A DNA stretch of 57,989 nucleotides from a virus (IMGVR_UViG_3300012922_000008:1-57989), one strand, 5' to 3'. Positions 26,897-37,086 are shown, counted from the first letter of the stretch. Notes: generated from the letters alone by a model not told the origin. Translations and numbers: made by a program.

Positions 26897-29800
26897 ATGC
26901 CCCAACAGAATCAATCTAATCCCTCCCAAATTCCGGGAGAGGATGTTCTTCTTGATACTCTAAGACGCTCTAAAATAACGGACGAACAACGTCAGCAGCT
27001 CTGGGATGCTTACCGCACACCCGGAGGTGAACCGGAATTTACAGGTGCTTTAAACAAACTTGACATCCACGATGATGTCAAGCAAACCCTTTATGATATG
27101 CGGTTTAAAGGGTTTAAAAATCAACCTACTAATCAACAGGCTCCTACTCCTGACGCTCAAGCGCCAAAGAGTGCGGAGCCTTTTTCTGTTGGTGCTTACC
27201 AAGCACGCAAGGGCGGACCAGTACTAAATATCAATCAGTATCCATCAAATGCCTTTGCCCAAGGCGCAGAACGGATGCTCGGAGTAAATAGACCCCCTCC
27301 TGAAGACTTACCACATCCATATCTTGATGCTATTAGTCAAGCTATGCAGAGTACTGGTAAGCTCATGGAAGCGACTGCAAAGGACCCCTTTGCTCCCTTT
27401 CATGCTATCGTTAGCGGAGTATCAAGTGCCGTTGCAGATGTAGAATCAGGTATTAAGTACAGAGACCCTCGCCAAGTAGCCGCTGGAACTGGTGAGACCC
27501 TTGGAGTCCTTAGTGCAACTGAAGAAGCTCGAAGGGCTAAGGATGTAGCTGGCACCTTAATGACTGGACGACCCATTGAGGGTGGGGTGTCTGCCGACAA
27601 TTTACCCGGGCTTACACGCGAGAACGCAATCAAACTTCAAGGAATGGGGTTCTCTAACCAAGAAATCTCCACCATGAATGCCCAAGAGCTTAACAGTGCT
27701 CTTGCCGGAAGTCGTAAGCCCACTCCAGCACCAAGACCGACCGAAGCCGTTCCAGGGGCGAAGGCCAGTGCTACTAATCAAGCCTCAGCCGCACCCGCTA
27801 CATCCCAAGTCTCCTCAGTCCCAACTAAAGCTCCCGAACCTCAACCACAAGGCCCCGGTGGAGACTTCCGTGGAACTACAGGTCCCCTTCGCCCATACGA
27901 CCCAAGTGGAAACCGCTTTGCTCAAGGCGGGACAGTTGGAATGGAGCCGCTTGACCTAATAGCTCCTAAGCCTAATACAAACCAAGGGAGTCCTAGACCA
28001 CAAGTAGACCCGATTACTGGGACTAGTCAGTTGGGATTTCAAAGGCCTACTACCACCTTAAAGGGTCCATCAAACATACCTGGCTCAGACCCATTACAAA
28101 TGGCGTTAGAGAATAGGGCACTCTTTCAAACTAAGCCTACGTCTTCTTATATTGCTTCTGAGAAGGCAGCTACCATGTCCGCTCCTCGTCCGAGTTTAGG
28201 ACCGGAGTTTGAAGCTGCACAACAGTCTTATGATAATGAGCGTAATAAAGCCATCCTACGGGACCCTAAAGCTTCTCCTGAAGATAAGAGGATTGCTCAG
28301 AGTAGACTTAATGAAGGGATAACTACGGAATCACAGCCTATTAATAGAGGCACTTATACTGGTGTTCCTGTTGAACCTGTTTATACAAAGGCGATGCCTG
28401 GAACACAGGTTCCTGTTGCTTCAGTTGACGCTCCATTGCCTGCTCCTATTGAGAAGCCTGTTACTAAGTCCCAACCTCCAGCTTCCCATGAGCTTCCCCG
28501 GTCTGTTCAAGATGGCTTAGACTTGATGATGAAGACTAAGAAGCTTATTGACGAAGCTCCAACTGATGTGGCTCGTCAGGCCGCTCAACAGCGATGGAAT
28601 GACCTTGCAGCTACAACTAAGGGCTTACTTAAGTACCACCTTCAATCATTAAGCCCTGAACAACGTCAAATGTTATTAGATGACCAGCAAGCTAAAGGTT
28701 CTCGACATGACGCTCAGGCTAATGCGATAAATGATATTATAGCTGGCGACAAAATGTCACAAGCTCTGCGTGCAGAGATGCGCGGAGAGAAGGCTATGTC
28801 TGCAAGAGGACAAGCTTTTCTTGTCCCTGGAACTGCTACTCACGGGGATATACGCATTGCTATCCATGAAATACTTGGTGATAGGACGGCTACGTCCTTT
28901 GATGAAATCGCTATTAATCAACGTGCGAAGGCGCGTGAGCAAGGGTTAGACCCTGATGCTGTTCTACCCGAAGGGTATCGTCGTGTGTTGCCTGAAGAGT
29001 TTCAGACGATGCGACTTGCGGCTAAGACTGAGCTTGGGGAGATACAAGAGAATTTTAAGAATAGACTAAAGGATATTGTTAGTGACCGGATAGAAAAAAA
29101 CCCTGCACTTATGCAAGAGCAGGGTGAAGAGGCAGCTAAAAGTATACATGTACAAGCTTTGAAGGAGCTGCTTGCTGAGAAGAATGAGAAGGGTTTAACT
29201 CTAGCGGAACAGATTAAAGAACTTCGAGACTTAATTGGCCGTGATGTTCAACGTCCTTTGTATGCTAAAAAGGGTGCGCCTGTTGTAAGTGCTGAAGGTG
29301 TAGTTAGCGCCCCTGGGGATATACCAGCTAAGTCTCTTGAAGTCGCACGTCGAATTTGGGATAAGAAGCTTAATAAAATTCCTGATGATGTAGAATGGGT
29401 TAAGAAGGCTGATGAACATAAAGAGCGTGGAAGATTAGCGAAAGCTATTGCTCAAGGGTTGAAGTCTATACTTGAAGCGAAGCCGCCTAAGGGTAAAGAA
29501 GGCGAAGCTGGTTTCATTGGAGACCAAGGCTCAGGACGTGCTTCAGATATTCAAGTTCCAGATATACAAAAGGCTGTACAGAATGTAATAAAAGAAGGGA
29601 TTACCGCGTGGACTATTGGGGATGATAAGCCTGCTAGCTTCCGTGGTTGGATATCACCTGACGGGAAAAGATTTATCTCGTCAGCATCAAAATCAGGACT
29701 GATGTCGGAATTATCAGACCACGATACTTTAGCGTGGGTAGCTCTTGGTAAGCCTCAAGTACGAGGGGGGCAATCTCAAAAAGCATTCCTAGAAAATGGA

Positions 29801-32800
29801 TGGATTCGTAAAGAGAACAACGGTAACTATTCAGTTGGAAATCTTAAAGAGAACACTATAGACGCAATTGAGATGGATTTAATTCGTAATCGTAGTATAA
29901 GTACGGGTGTATTTATTGATGTATGGGAACCTAAAGGTATTCGTTCAATCGATATTCAGCAAGGGTGGGAAGATTTAAAGAGTTCTATTAAACAAGAGCT
30001 ACGTCGTCAGCGAATGTCTGAAGTATCACAAGCAGGTAAAATTGGTGGAGCTGAACTTCTAACTGGTGCTACTCTTGGAGCTGTCGCAGGCGGTGTAGCT
30101 GGACATGTTCTTGGTGGGACAACTGGAGCTGTAGCTGGAGTAGTGATGGGCTATAGTCTTGGCTTCTTAGCTCCTGCCATTCTACAATCTCGTCCAGTAA
30201 TTCAAGCCATGAAGACTATGGCTAACGTAGTTCGTGGGGCAGGGCTTACCCTTAAGCAGTGGTTCCAAGGCGTTCCTCAAAAGGGTATGCAAGGCGTAGA
30301 CCCTAATATGGACGACATTCTTAAGGAACAAATAGCTCATGCGGACCGTTCAGTTAAGTGGATTGAACGAGCCAAGCAACTCCCTGCTACTATCTATAAG
30401 GGCTTTGACCCGTTCGCTTATATAACTGATAAGAAGAACATGGGAATGATTGGCCGGGTGATGATGAGCTTTGACCCGAAGGGGAGAGTGTTCAGAGACC
30501 TCACTATCCCTGACAATCAAAGCTTATATATGGCCCTAGCAAATGCTGGCGGAGATGCTCTGGGCCAAAGACGCTATCAGAATATGTCTTATAATGATAT
30601 AAAGGTCGATGCTAATAAAGCAGGTCTTCGAGAGATGTTGGACCGCTATCTAAACTTGAAAGCGTATCAACGTACAAACGAGGTTCTTCAAGAACATATA
30701 CAAACACTTGATTCTCAGATTCAGAACCTTCAAACAAAGCTTCAATCCCCTTCCAATACAGTCCGTCAAACAGTGGCTCTAAACGACGACCTTAAAGAAT
30801 CTCAAAAGATGCGTAAGGAGATTCAAGACAGAGTAGACCAAGGTAGAGCGACGCCTAAAGGCTACACTCCTCAGAAGATTCAAGACTCTCTTCAGAAGAT
30901 GCAGCAGGTTCTTGGGCCACAGGACTATTCAAATGTGGAGCAACTAGCTCAAAGAGCTTTTCAATCTCGCGCACACATTCTTGATATACTATTTGATAGT
31001 GGCATTATTAGCCAAGACGCTTATACTCAATACAAAAGTCGCGGTAATGAATACATTCCTATGGAACGTATTATGGACGACTTAGAAAATCAAAAGTTTA
31101 CCTCTGCCGCTTCACTTCTGCACCTCCGTCATCAAACGGTCATTCAAACAATGGAAGGTAGCGAGCGTACTAACGTAAGTCCTTGGGAAGCCTTCGACCA
31201 TGCTGACCGCAAAGCCTTTAACCAACTATACCGCAACGATGCAATGAAAAGTGCGCTTGATTTAGCACAAGCCTATCCTAACACAATTGGCCAAGAGTTC
31301 TCCCCTGTTAAAGCTGACTATCAGCCCAAAGCAGGTGAAATGGTTCTTGGTCATTACGAAAATGGTCAGCCTAAACTCTTTGCTGTACCTAAATACCTTG
31401 GCGAGACAATGCAGCGCGTACCTCTTGCTATGAAGACAGGCCTCGGTATCTTTGCAAATTGGTATGGACACGCCTTTAAAAAGGCTGCCACGATTGGTAA
31501 TATTGGCTTCCAAGCAAGTAGCCTCTTGGCTCACGCTATTAGTGGAGCTATTCTTTCCCCACATGGAGTTGAAGCGAAAGCAGACCTTCCAGTTCAAGTT
31601 GTAAAGTTTCTTAATGATTGGCGTAAGGCCGCAAAGGATGTCTTGAACCAAGGTCAATTTGTACGCGAGCTTACCCGCTACGGCGGAGCCTCAGGTTCGT
31701 TTCAAGCTAAAGTTGACCCTGAATACTTTGCTAACCCTAGTGAACTAGGCTTCAGAGGCAAGCTTGCTAAGGGACAAATCCTTGATGCCGCTCAGGACTT
31801 AGCCATCGCATTAGAGAACATTAACCGCACTAACATCTTCATGCGTGCTCGTCAGGCGGGGCTTACAGCAAAAGCCGCAGCTTGGGAAGCCAAACAGTTT
31901 GCTGGTATGCCAGACTTCTCTAGGCTTGGTGATATCTCACAGCCTCTAAATCACATCTTCATGTTCTTTAACGCAGCAAATCAATACCTTACTCAAGCTA
32001 TGTCTGCTATTCGTAAAGACCCTAATCGTATCTTCGGTCTTATGGCAACTATGACCGCTATGAGTATTGCGCTTAGTGCATGGAACATGCAACAGGTCGA
32101 TTCTAAAGGAAATAACTTACTCCGTAAAGAAACAACCTTCGACCGTCAACGTAATTGGATAGTTGAACTACCTTGGACTTACTACACCCACGCTGGAGCT
32201 GAAAAGGGCTATACAGTAAAAATCCCCAAGCCGTTCATTGTACGTCTACTCAATCCAGTTGAAGACGTAATCAATTACGGAATGGGGAAGGAAGCTCGTA
32301 CTGGGCAACAGCAAGCGCTAGACTCTATAGCTAATGTTTCACCTATTCACTTGAACCTAAAAGCTGATGACCTTGCAAAGTCGGCAATTCAGTCTGGGGT
32401 TTCTGCACTTCACCCTCTTGCAAAGTTTGGGATTCAGCAGTTCTCAAACACGGATGATTATGGTCGTCCAATTGTTCCAGGCAGCCAGCAAGGTATCGCA
32501 AGTCAGTACCAAGAAGGTCCATATACTTCCTCAGTTGCTCAGCGTATGGGCAAGGGAGGTGTTCAAGGAGCTGTGGCTGGTGGAGCACTTGGAGCAATGT
32601 TAGGCGGCATGACAGGACTTCCTGGAGCAGTTGTAGGGGGAGGAGTGGGAGCTGTTGCTGGTGCATCTGGTATATCTCCTCGTCGTATTGACGTAGGTGT
32701 TCGTTCGCTAACGGCAGGGGCTGGTGCTCAAGCTGAGAGTATACTTGACCCTTTCTTTGGTGGTACTGAATCAAAGCATCAGCTTTCTGGGATGGAACGT

Positions 32801-33244
32801 TTTCGTCAGGCTCCATTACTTGGTCCTATCATTAGTAGATTTACTACGTCGCCAAGTGATGCGGAGTTTGAAACGCTCTCATCGAGATACTATACCATTC
32901 TTCAACGGGCGCAGACTATTAAGCAGACAGCGGATATGCTATTAAAACAAGGTAAGGCTGAAGAGTCTGCTAGATATGCTCAAGCACATCAGTCTGAATT
33001 GTTTAAAGCAATGGCTTTATTTCAATTAGATAAGGTAATCAAGAACGCAAATGAAATGGTAAGACAGCTTCAAGCAAGTCCTGAAGCCGATACGCCCTCA
33101 GGTAAAGAAGCAATACAGGCCGCCTACGAAGCTAGAACTCAACTACTTCGCCAAGCCAAGACTTTAATGGATAGTGCGGAAACAAAAGCTTCAGACACCG
33201 GCCCAATGGCCAACCCAGTCTCCAATTCAGGTTCCAATAAATAA
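26897..33244 (+). CDS. Large internal virion/polyvalent protein with LPD38-like C-terminal region
   Basis: 2115 aa; two glycine-zipper segments; 'PDFSRLG...FMFFNAA...VKIPKPF...YGRPIVP' resembles LPD38-type proteins. Confidence 0.7.
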   Translation: MPQQNQSNPSQIPGEDVLLDTLRRSKITDEQRQQLWDAYRTPGGEPEFTGALNKLDIHDDVKQTLYDMRFKGFKNQPTNQQAPTPDAQAPKSAEPFSVGAYQARKGGPVLNINQYPSNAFAQGAERMLGVNRPPPEDLPHPYLDAISQAMQSTGKLMEATAKDPFAPFHAIVSGVSSAVADVESGIKYRDPRQVAAGTGETLGVLSATEEARRAKDVAGTLMTGRPIEGGVSADNLPGLTRENAIKLQGMGFSNQEISTMNAQELNSALAGSRKPTPAPRPTEAVPGAKASATNQASAAPATSQVSSVPTKAPEPQPQGPGGDFRGTTGPLRPYDPSGNRFAQGGTVGMEPLDLIAPKPNTNQGSPRPQVDPITGTSQLGFQRPTTTLKGPSNIPGSDPLQMALENRALFQTKPTSSYIASEKAATMSAPRPSLGPEFEAAQQSYDNERNKAILRDPKASPEDKRIAQSRLNEGITTESQPINRGTYTGVPVEPVYTKAMPGTQVPVASVDAPLPAPIEKPVTKSQPPASHELPRSVQDGLDLMMKTKKLIDEAPTDVARQAAQQRWNDLAATTKGLLKYHLQSLSPEQRQMLLDDQQAKGSRHDAQANAINDIIAGDKMSQALRAEMRGEKAMSARGQAFLVPGTATHGDIRIAIHEILGDRTATSFDEIAINQRAKAREQGLDPDAVLPEGYRRVLPEEFQTMRLAAKTELGEIQENFKNRLKDIVSDRIEKNPALMQEQGEEAAKSIHVQALKELLAEKNEKGLTLAEQIKELRDLIGRDVQRPLYAKKGAPVVSAEGVVSAPGDIPAKSLEVARRIWDKKLNKIPDDVEWVKKADEHKERGRLAKAIAQGLKSILEAKPPKGKEGEAGFIGDQGSGRASDIQVPDIQKAVQNVIKEGITAWTIGDDKPASFRGWISPDGKRFISSASKSGLMSELSDHDTLAWVALGKPQVRGGQSQKAFLENGWIRKENNGNYSVGNLKENTIDAIEMDLIRNRSISTGVFIDVWEPKGIRSIDIQQGWEDLKSSIKQELRRQRMSEVSQAGKIGGAELLTGATLGAVAGGVAGHVLGGTTGAVAGVVMGYSLGFLAPAILQSRPVIQAMKTMANVVRGAGLTLKQWFQGVPQKGMQGVDPNMDDILKEQIAHADRSVKWIERAKQLPATIYKGFDPFAYITDKKNMGMIGRVMMSFDPKGRVFRDLTIPDNQSLYMALANAGGDALGQRRYQNMSYNDIKVDANKAGLREMLDRYLNLKAYQRTNEVLQEHIQTLDSQIQNLQTKLQSPSNTVRQTVALNDDLKESQKMRKEIQDRVDQGRATPKGYTPQKIQDSLQKMQQVLGPQDYSNVEQLAQRAFQSRAHILDILFDSGIISQDAYTQYKSRGNEYIPMERIMDDLENQKFTSAASLLHLRHQTVIQTMEGSERTNVSPWEAFDHADRKAFNQLYRNDAMKSALDLAQAYPNTIGQEFSPVKADYQPKAGEMVLGHYENGQPKLFAVPKYLGETMQRVPLAMKTGLGIFANWYGHAFKKAATIGNIGFQASSLLAHAISGAILSPHGVEAKADLPVQVVKFLNDWRKAAKDVLNQGQFVRELTRYGGASGSFQAKVDPEYFANPSELGFRGKLAKGQILDAAQDLAIALENINRTNIFMRARQAGLTAKAAAWEAKQFAGMPDFSRLGDISQPLNHIFMFFNAANQYLTQAMSAIRKDPNRIFGLMATMTAMSIALSAWNMQQVDSKGNNLLRKETTFDRQRNWIVELPWTYYTHAGAEKGYTVKIPKPFIVRLLNPVEDVINYGMGKEARTGQQQALDSIANVSPIHLNLKADDLAKSAIQSGVSALHPLAKFGIQQFSNTDDYGRPIVPGSQQGIASQYQEGPYTSSVAQRMGKGGVQGAVAGGALGAMLGGMTGLPGAVVGGGVGAVAGASGISPRRIDVGVRSLTAGAGAQAESILDPFFGGTESKHQLSGMERFRQAPLLGPIISRFTTSPSDAEFETLSSRYYTILQRAQTIKQTADMLLKQGKAEESARYAQAHQSELFKAMALFQLDKVIKNANEMVRQLQASPEADTPSGKEAIQAAYEARTQLLRQAKTLMDSAETKASDTGPMANPVSNSGSNK

Positions 33245-34092
33245 TGGCTATTAAGTATCCAGTTAGAAAATACCTTGGTCAGTATGAGTCGTGGCTCCTA
33301 CATCTCTATGGTAGGAAGTCCATGCTTTATAACGATAAGTACTTAGAGCGATTCTTTAGCCACTTCCCTCAAGCTAGCGGCCTAGAACAGTTTGGAACCC
33401 CAGACGTTCATCAATATAAAACGTGGCGTGAAAACGTAGGTAATAGCTCCGCGTTCAAAGTCATGCAGGAGATTAAGTGCCTGGAGCGTTTCTTTCGCTT
33501 CCTTATTGAGGACCAACAGCTTCCGCTTTCCAATCCGGCTAAACCATTTGTTAAGCATGTTAATCGTAATCATATTGTCCGCCGTAAGAAGGATAACCTC
33601 CGCCTAGAAGAGTACAAGAGGTTGCTTGAAGCTTGCGTTAAGTTTGAGCCCCGCCTAGTCCAATGGATGTCGGGGATGATACAAGGTGTAAAAGTTATCG
33701 GGTCTCCTAACATGACCAGTCAAATGGCTGGCAGGCTGTTTAAGAAAGTGGCTGTGATTGCTGGAATGCCTTACGTGACTATGCGCTTGGTGAAGCAAAG
33801 TCTGAAGTCCGGCCTCTGGCGTGAAATTATACATGAGTGGGCGAATATCCAACTCACCAATCTGGGCTATAAGGACAGCGCCGACTCCGCGCTCAATCAA
33901 GCCCAATTTGAAAGCCACCCCATGCGAAAGGTCAATGTCTCTACCCTCCACGAATGGGCCACGGTCCGTGACGCGAGCAATCACATAATTTCCATTGACG
34001 GGGTTAAGTATAAGCAGATGAGTCCCGAATCGGATAGTCCTAGAAGCGACGGTCATCTCATCTTGGTGAAAGTGGACGCCGCTAGCAGTTAG
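33244..34092 (+). CDS. Tyrosine-recombinase-like protein, catalytic residues apparently missing
   Basis: Core-binding pattern 'LERFFRFL...NPAK', 'LRLEEYKRLLEA', 'RLFKKVAVIAGM..VTMRLVKQS' in place of HxLRH. Confidence 0.6.
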   Translation: MAIKYPVRKYLGQYESWLLHLYGRKSMLYNDKYLERFFSHFPQASGLEQFGTPDVHQYKTWRENVGNSSAFKVMQEIKCLERFFRFLIEDQQLPLSNPAKPFVKHVNRNHIVRRKKDNLRLEEYKRLLEACVKFEPRLVQWMSGMIQGVKVIGSPNMTSQMAGRLFKKVAVIAGMPYVTMRLVKQSLKSGLWREIIHEWANIQLTNLGYKDSADSALNQAQFESHPMRKVNVSTLHEWATVRDASNHIISIDGVKYKQMSPESDSPRSDGHLILVKVDAASS

Positions 34093-34428
34093 CTTACCAT
34101 CGAAACCTGGCCCGTACCAGCTTGCTACAACTCTATCGTACTTCAAATGCCTCACAGCCTTCACGGGTTGTGGGGCTTTAATTTTGTTAAGTTGACCCAC
34201 CATAAAAGGGTCCATTGGTTGAGTGTAATTAACCGCCGAAACCAGTGGCGTCATCAATAGGACCAAGCTGATTAAGGACACGGTCTTCCATAATGGTTTT
34301 AAGAATGAATTGAGATTTGATTCGGAGAGAGTCAAGATTTCCTGACTTACAAAGAAGGTGGAAGTCATATCCGAGGTATCCGTCAAGGGCTGTCTCGGAA
34401 GCGTGGTTCTTATCTCTGTTTGGGTCAT
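33655..34428 (-). CDS. rlpA: RlpA-like lytic transglycosylase (DPBB domain); start uncertain
   Basis: ASWYGPGFDGKLTASG...TVASRT...VTDRGPFVEGRDIDLS; signal-like hydrophobic stretch upstream. Confidence 0.88.
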   Translation of the reverse strand: MTQTEIRTTLPRQPLTDTSDMTSTFFVSQEILTLSESNLNSFLKPLWKTVSLISLVLLMTPLVSAVNYTQPMDPFMVGQLNKIKAPQPVKAVRHLKYDRVVASWYGPGFDGKLTASGVHFHQDEMTVASRTIRFGTHLLILNPVNGNYVIARVTDRGPFVEGRDIDLSHGVAFKLGLIERGVGAVLIAQIGELDIRPLMYNFTPEAGLQTLLHQAHSHVRHSSNHSHFLKQPASHLTGHVRRPDNFYTLYHPRHPLD

Positions 34429-34858
34429 AGTATTGAGTCCCGTCCTCTTGCAATCGAATTACCTCAACGAGAAAACCGTCGTGGTTTTTGACCCAAGCTG
34501 CTTCATTCTCAAAACGGACATCAGTTACCACAGCAATTTCAGGATTCTCAAACTTAATTTTATCGGCAAGTACGTGAACCCAATGGTCGGGACTATTCTT
34601 CCTTACTACTTCAGTTCCATACCATTGAAGGATGGCTGTATATCCATAAATAGGGTCTTCCTTAGCAACAGGCAAAGCTTTAGTTTGGTTTGCAAGTTGC
34701 CATCGAGGAACTAATTCCTCATGGCGTTCTTTACAATATCGCTTCAGTTCATCGGCAAAACTATATAGAACTATCTCAGGATGAACTTCCTTCATATAGT
34801 TTGCGACGTAATTTTTTCCTTGGCGGGCGCGCGAACCCAAACCTATAAGTAGCATCAT
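34229..34858 (-). CDS. Deoxynucleoside monophosphate kinase
   Basis: GLGSRARQGK, SFADELK, LQWYGTE, TDVRFENE, HASE. Confidence 0.9.
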   Translation of the reverse strand: MMLLIGLGSRARQGKNYVANYMKEVHPEIVLYSFADELKRYCKERHEELVPRWQLANQTKALPVAKEDPIYGYTAILQWYGTEVVRKNSPDHWVHVLADKIKFENPEIAVVTDVRFENEAAWVKNHDGFLVEVIRLQEDGTQYYDPNRDKNHASETALDGYLGYDFHLLCKSGNLDSLRIKSQFILKTIMEDRVLNQLGPIDDATGFGG

Positions 34859-35427
34859 GCCTCCAATATAATTTTAGCGAACTCGTTAAAGTTATTTACT
34901 GTATTTGGAAATCCATTTTGAAACCCGGCATCCCAAGGCCACTTGCACATATAGGTTTTACAGTTAGGAGCTGCCTGTAAGACTTCAAGTACATTTTTAT
35001 CCCGGTCGTCAATATAATAATCTAACTTCAATCCTTTAACAACAGGCCCTTTATCATCTGATAAAATTACATTAGCATGATAAATATTACACGTATCTTC
35101 TAACCACTTTGCGCTTTGTAAGTCTACAGGCAAACCTTTACCATCCTTGCGGTTAGTAATAAACACTACTCTGCAACTATCAGTTAATGTTTCAAGTAGC
35201 GAAGTGTTAGAGAGTCTATCTAAGTGCATCCACCAATTTTTACTCTTATCAATAGTCTTCCACATTAAACTCTCTTCTTGACTGGACATTCCTAGTGAGT
35301 CAAATCCCCATCCAGTTTGAATAAGAGAGTCATTTGGTCTACCATTAAACAGTTTCTTACACACATTCCTGGCGGAGCCTACAAAGTCGGCCAAGACTCC
35401 ATCAATATCAACACCAACTTTAAGCAT
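34855..35427 (-). CDS. 5'(3')-deoxyribonucleotidase (HAD family)
   Basis: DIDGVLADF, ITNR, YIDD; ATG at 35427 coupled to the upstream stop. Confidence 0.85.
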   Translation of the reverse strand: MLKVGVDIDGVLADFVGSARNVCKKLFNGRPNDSLIQTGWGFDSLGMSSQEESLMWKTIDKSKNWWMHLDRLSNTSLLETLTDSCRVVFITNRKDGKGLPVDLQSAKWLEDTCNIYHANVILSDDKGPVVKGLKLDYYIDDRDKNVLEVLQAAPNCKTYMCKWPWDAGFQNGFPNTVNNFNEFAKIILEA

Positions 35428-36200
35428 TACTTCCCTCCATATAACTGCCCACCATACGAACACAATCCATTAACTGTAATGACAGAATAATAATTAAACT
35501 GCCCTGACTCAAGTACATCTATAATGTTGAAACCCGTAAGCCATGCGGTAGGACGGTTTCTAAGATATTCTGGATTAACATGTCCACTGATAGGAGAGAT
35601 GATGCCTTGCCACTTATTAGTATGCTGGACGGGGGAAACTTTAGTGTAGGTCTGTGGAGCATGAGTGTGGCCTGCCAGAACATTTCCAGCGTACAGTTCG
35701 ACTGCTTTACGAGAAGGGAACATTCCAGCTTGGTTCCCAACGCCTGTAAGCGTTTCACCATGGATAACATTGAGCTTTCCGAGTCGATATGCGTGACCGA
35801 GAGGAATAACTGTCCAGCCTCGTTCGACCAAGCGTAGCAACTTAACATGTCCAATTGCATCTTCGAGTTCCGGTTGCTCATTGATTAAGTCCTGTTCCCA
35901 GTCTTCATGGTTGCCAATAATCCAAACCTTCTCGCAACCTTTAGGAAGGAGCTTCTCAAGGGGAGTGAGAATGTTCCTATCAAAGCCTTCGATATCATTT
36001 AAATAAGAACGACGTGTACGAAAGATGGGAGTTTGTTTTGTATGATGTGAAATACAATCGAAGTGAAACTGGTCTCCGCCAAATATGAACACATCAACCT
36101 TATTTCGTCCAACGTAGTCCATCCAACAATTCACTGTTGGTTTATCAATCTTTGGATAGTGTAAATCATATACTGCGACAGCTTGGCGAACTTTAGGCAT
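35427..36200 (-). CDS. Calcineurin-like metallophosphoesterase
   Basis: DLH, GGD, GNHE, HG and GHTH motifs. Confidence 0.88.
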   Translation of the reverse strand: MPKVRQAVAVYDLHYPKIDKPTVNCWMDYVGRNKVDVFIFGGDQFHFDCISHHTKQTPIFRTRRSYLNDIEGFDRNILTPLEKLLPKGCEKVWIIGNHEDWEQDLINEQPELEDAIGHVKLLRLVERGWTVIPLGHAYRLGKLNVIHGETLTGVGNQAGMFPSRKAVELYAGNVLAGHTHAPQTYTKVSPVQHTNKWQGIISPISGHVNPEYLRNRPTAWLTGFNIIDVLESGQFNYYSVITVNGLCSYGGQLYGGK

Positions 36201-37086
36201 GGATATATCGGCCTTCTTCTAAAAGATTTAAGTGCATTTCGGTTCCGTGGTTGTATCTACCAAAGAAATAAAAATCTCGGGTGCGTCCTCCATCCAAAGG
36301 TGCGTCCATAACAACAATATGCCCCGCTCCTCCGACAAACGCGCTCGAACCTCTTGCCCATTGAAGTGTAGGCTTATCATCACGTCGTCTAGGGTCATCT
36401 GATTTCTTCTTATTATGATGTGTAAACACTACCGATAGATACCGATTCTTAAACAGAGCATTAAGCTTATTTATGTTATTCTGAATAGTTGCACTGTCAT
36501 TTTCACCTTCTGGTGGTAACTTAGCCAGTCCGATGAAAGTGTCCAGTACAACAATCTTAGCTTTCGTAATCGCAAGCATCCTCTCGATGAAGGCTAGCAT
36601 TTGGTCCCAGGTTTTTATTTCTGGTGGAGTGTCTTCGGCCAACAAGACGAAGAAGTTGGGATTCCCAAGTAGAGCAGGCACTTCCTTAACCTGTCGCTTG
36701 AATTCGTGCTCAGTTTGTTCAGTAAGGTATAGTACCTTGGCGGGAGTACAGACCTCTCCGAGGAAGCTACCTCCAGTAACCACTGCCTGCAAGATGTGAA
36801 ATAGGAGTATTGTTTTACCGCATTTTGGCTCTGCGCTAATAATTGTTTTAGCCCCAACGGGTATCCAGTTTGGGGCGTACCATTCGATTTCAAGGTCTGG
36901 TCTGTCTTTGAGCTGTTCGAGTGTGATGAGCGGAGACCAGGGTTCTGGTCTCTCATCCCACGTTTGGAACTCATATTCTTTATATTCGATTTCATGTTGA
37001 TTCAATACGGACTGACTAAGATAGTCCTGCGGTTCAATTGACATTAAAGTCAATCTTCTCTCCCGGTTCGACTGGTTGATTCTCAA
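36193..37086 (-). CDS. AAA_25/RepA-like helicase-ATPase
   Basis: AEPKCGKT, VVLDT, THHNKK, ARGSSA; true start may be the internal ATG (MSIEP). Confidence 0.85.
   Translation of the reverse strand: MRINQSNRERRLTLMSIEPQDYLSQSVLNQHEIEYKEYEFQTWDERPEPWSPLITLEQLKDRPDLEIEWYAPNWIPVGAKTIISAEPKCGKTILLFHILQAVVTGGSFLGEVCTPAKVLYLTEQTEHEFKRQVKEVPALLGNPNFFVLLAEDTPPEIKTWDQMLAFIERMLAITKAKIVVLDTFIGLAKLPPEGENDSATIQNNINKLNALFKNRYLSVVFTHHNKKKSDDPRRRDDKPTLQWARGSSAFVGGAGHIVVMDAPLDGGRTRDFYFFGRYNHGTEMHLNLLEEGRYIHA

Noticed and set aside
33244-34092. Functional integrase implying a prophage
   Set aside because: Catalytic motifs not found; no att-like repeats, repressor or host flanking genes seen
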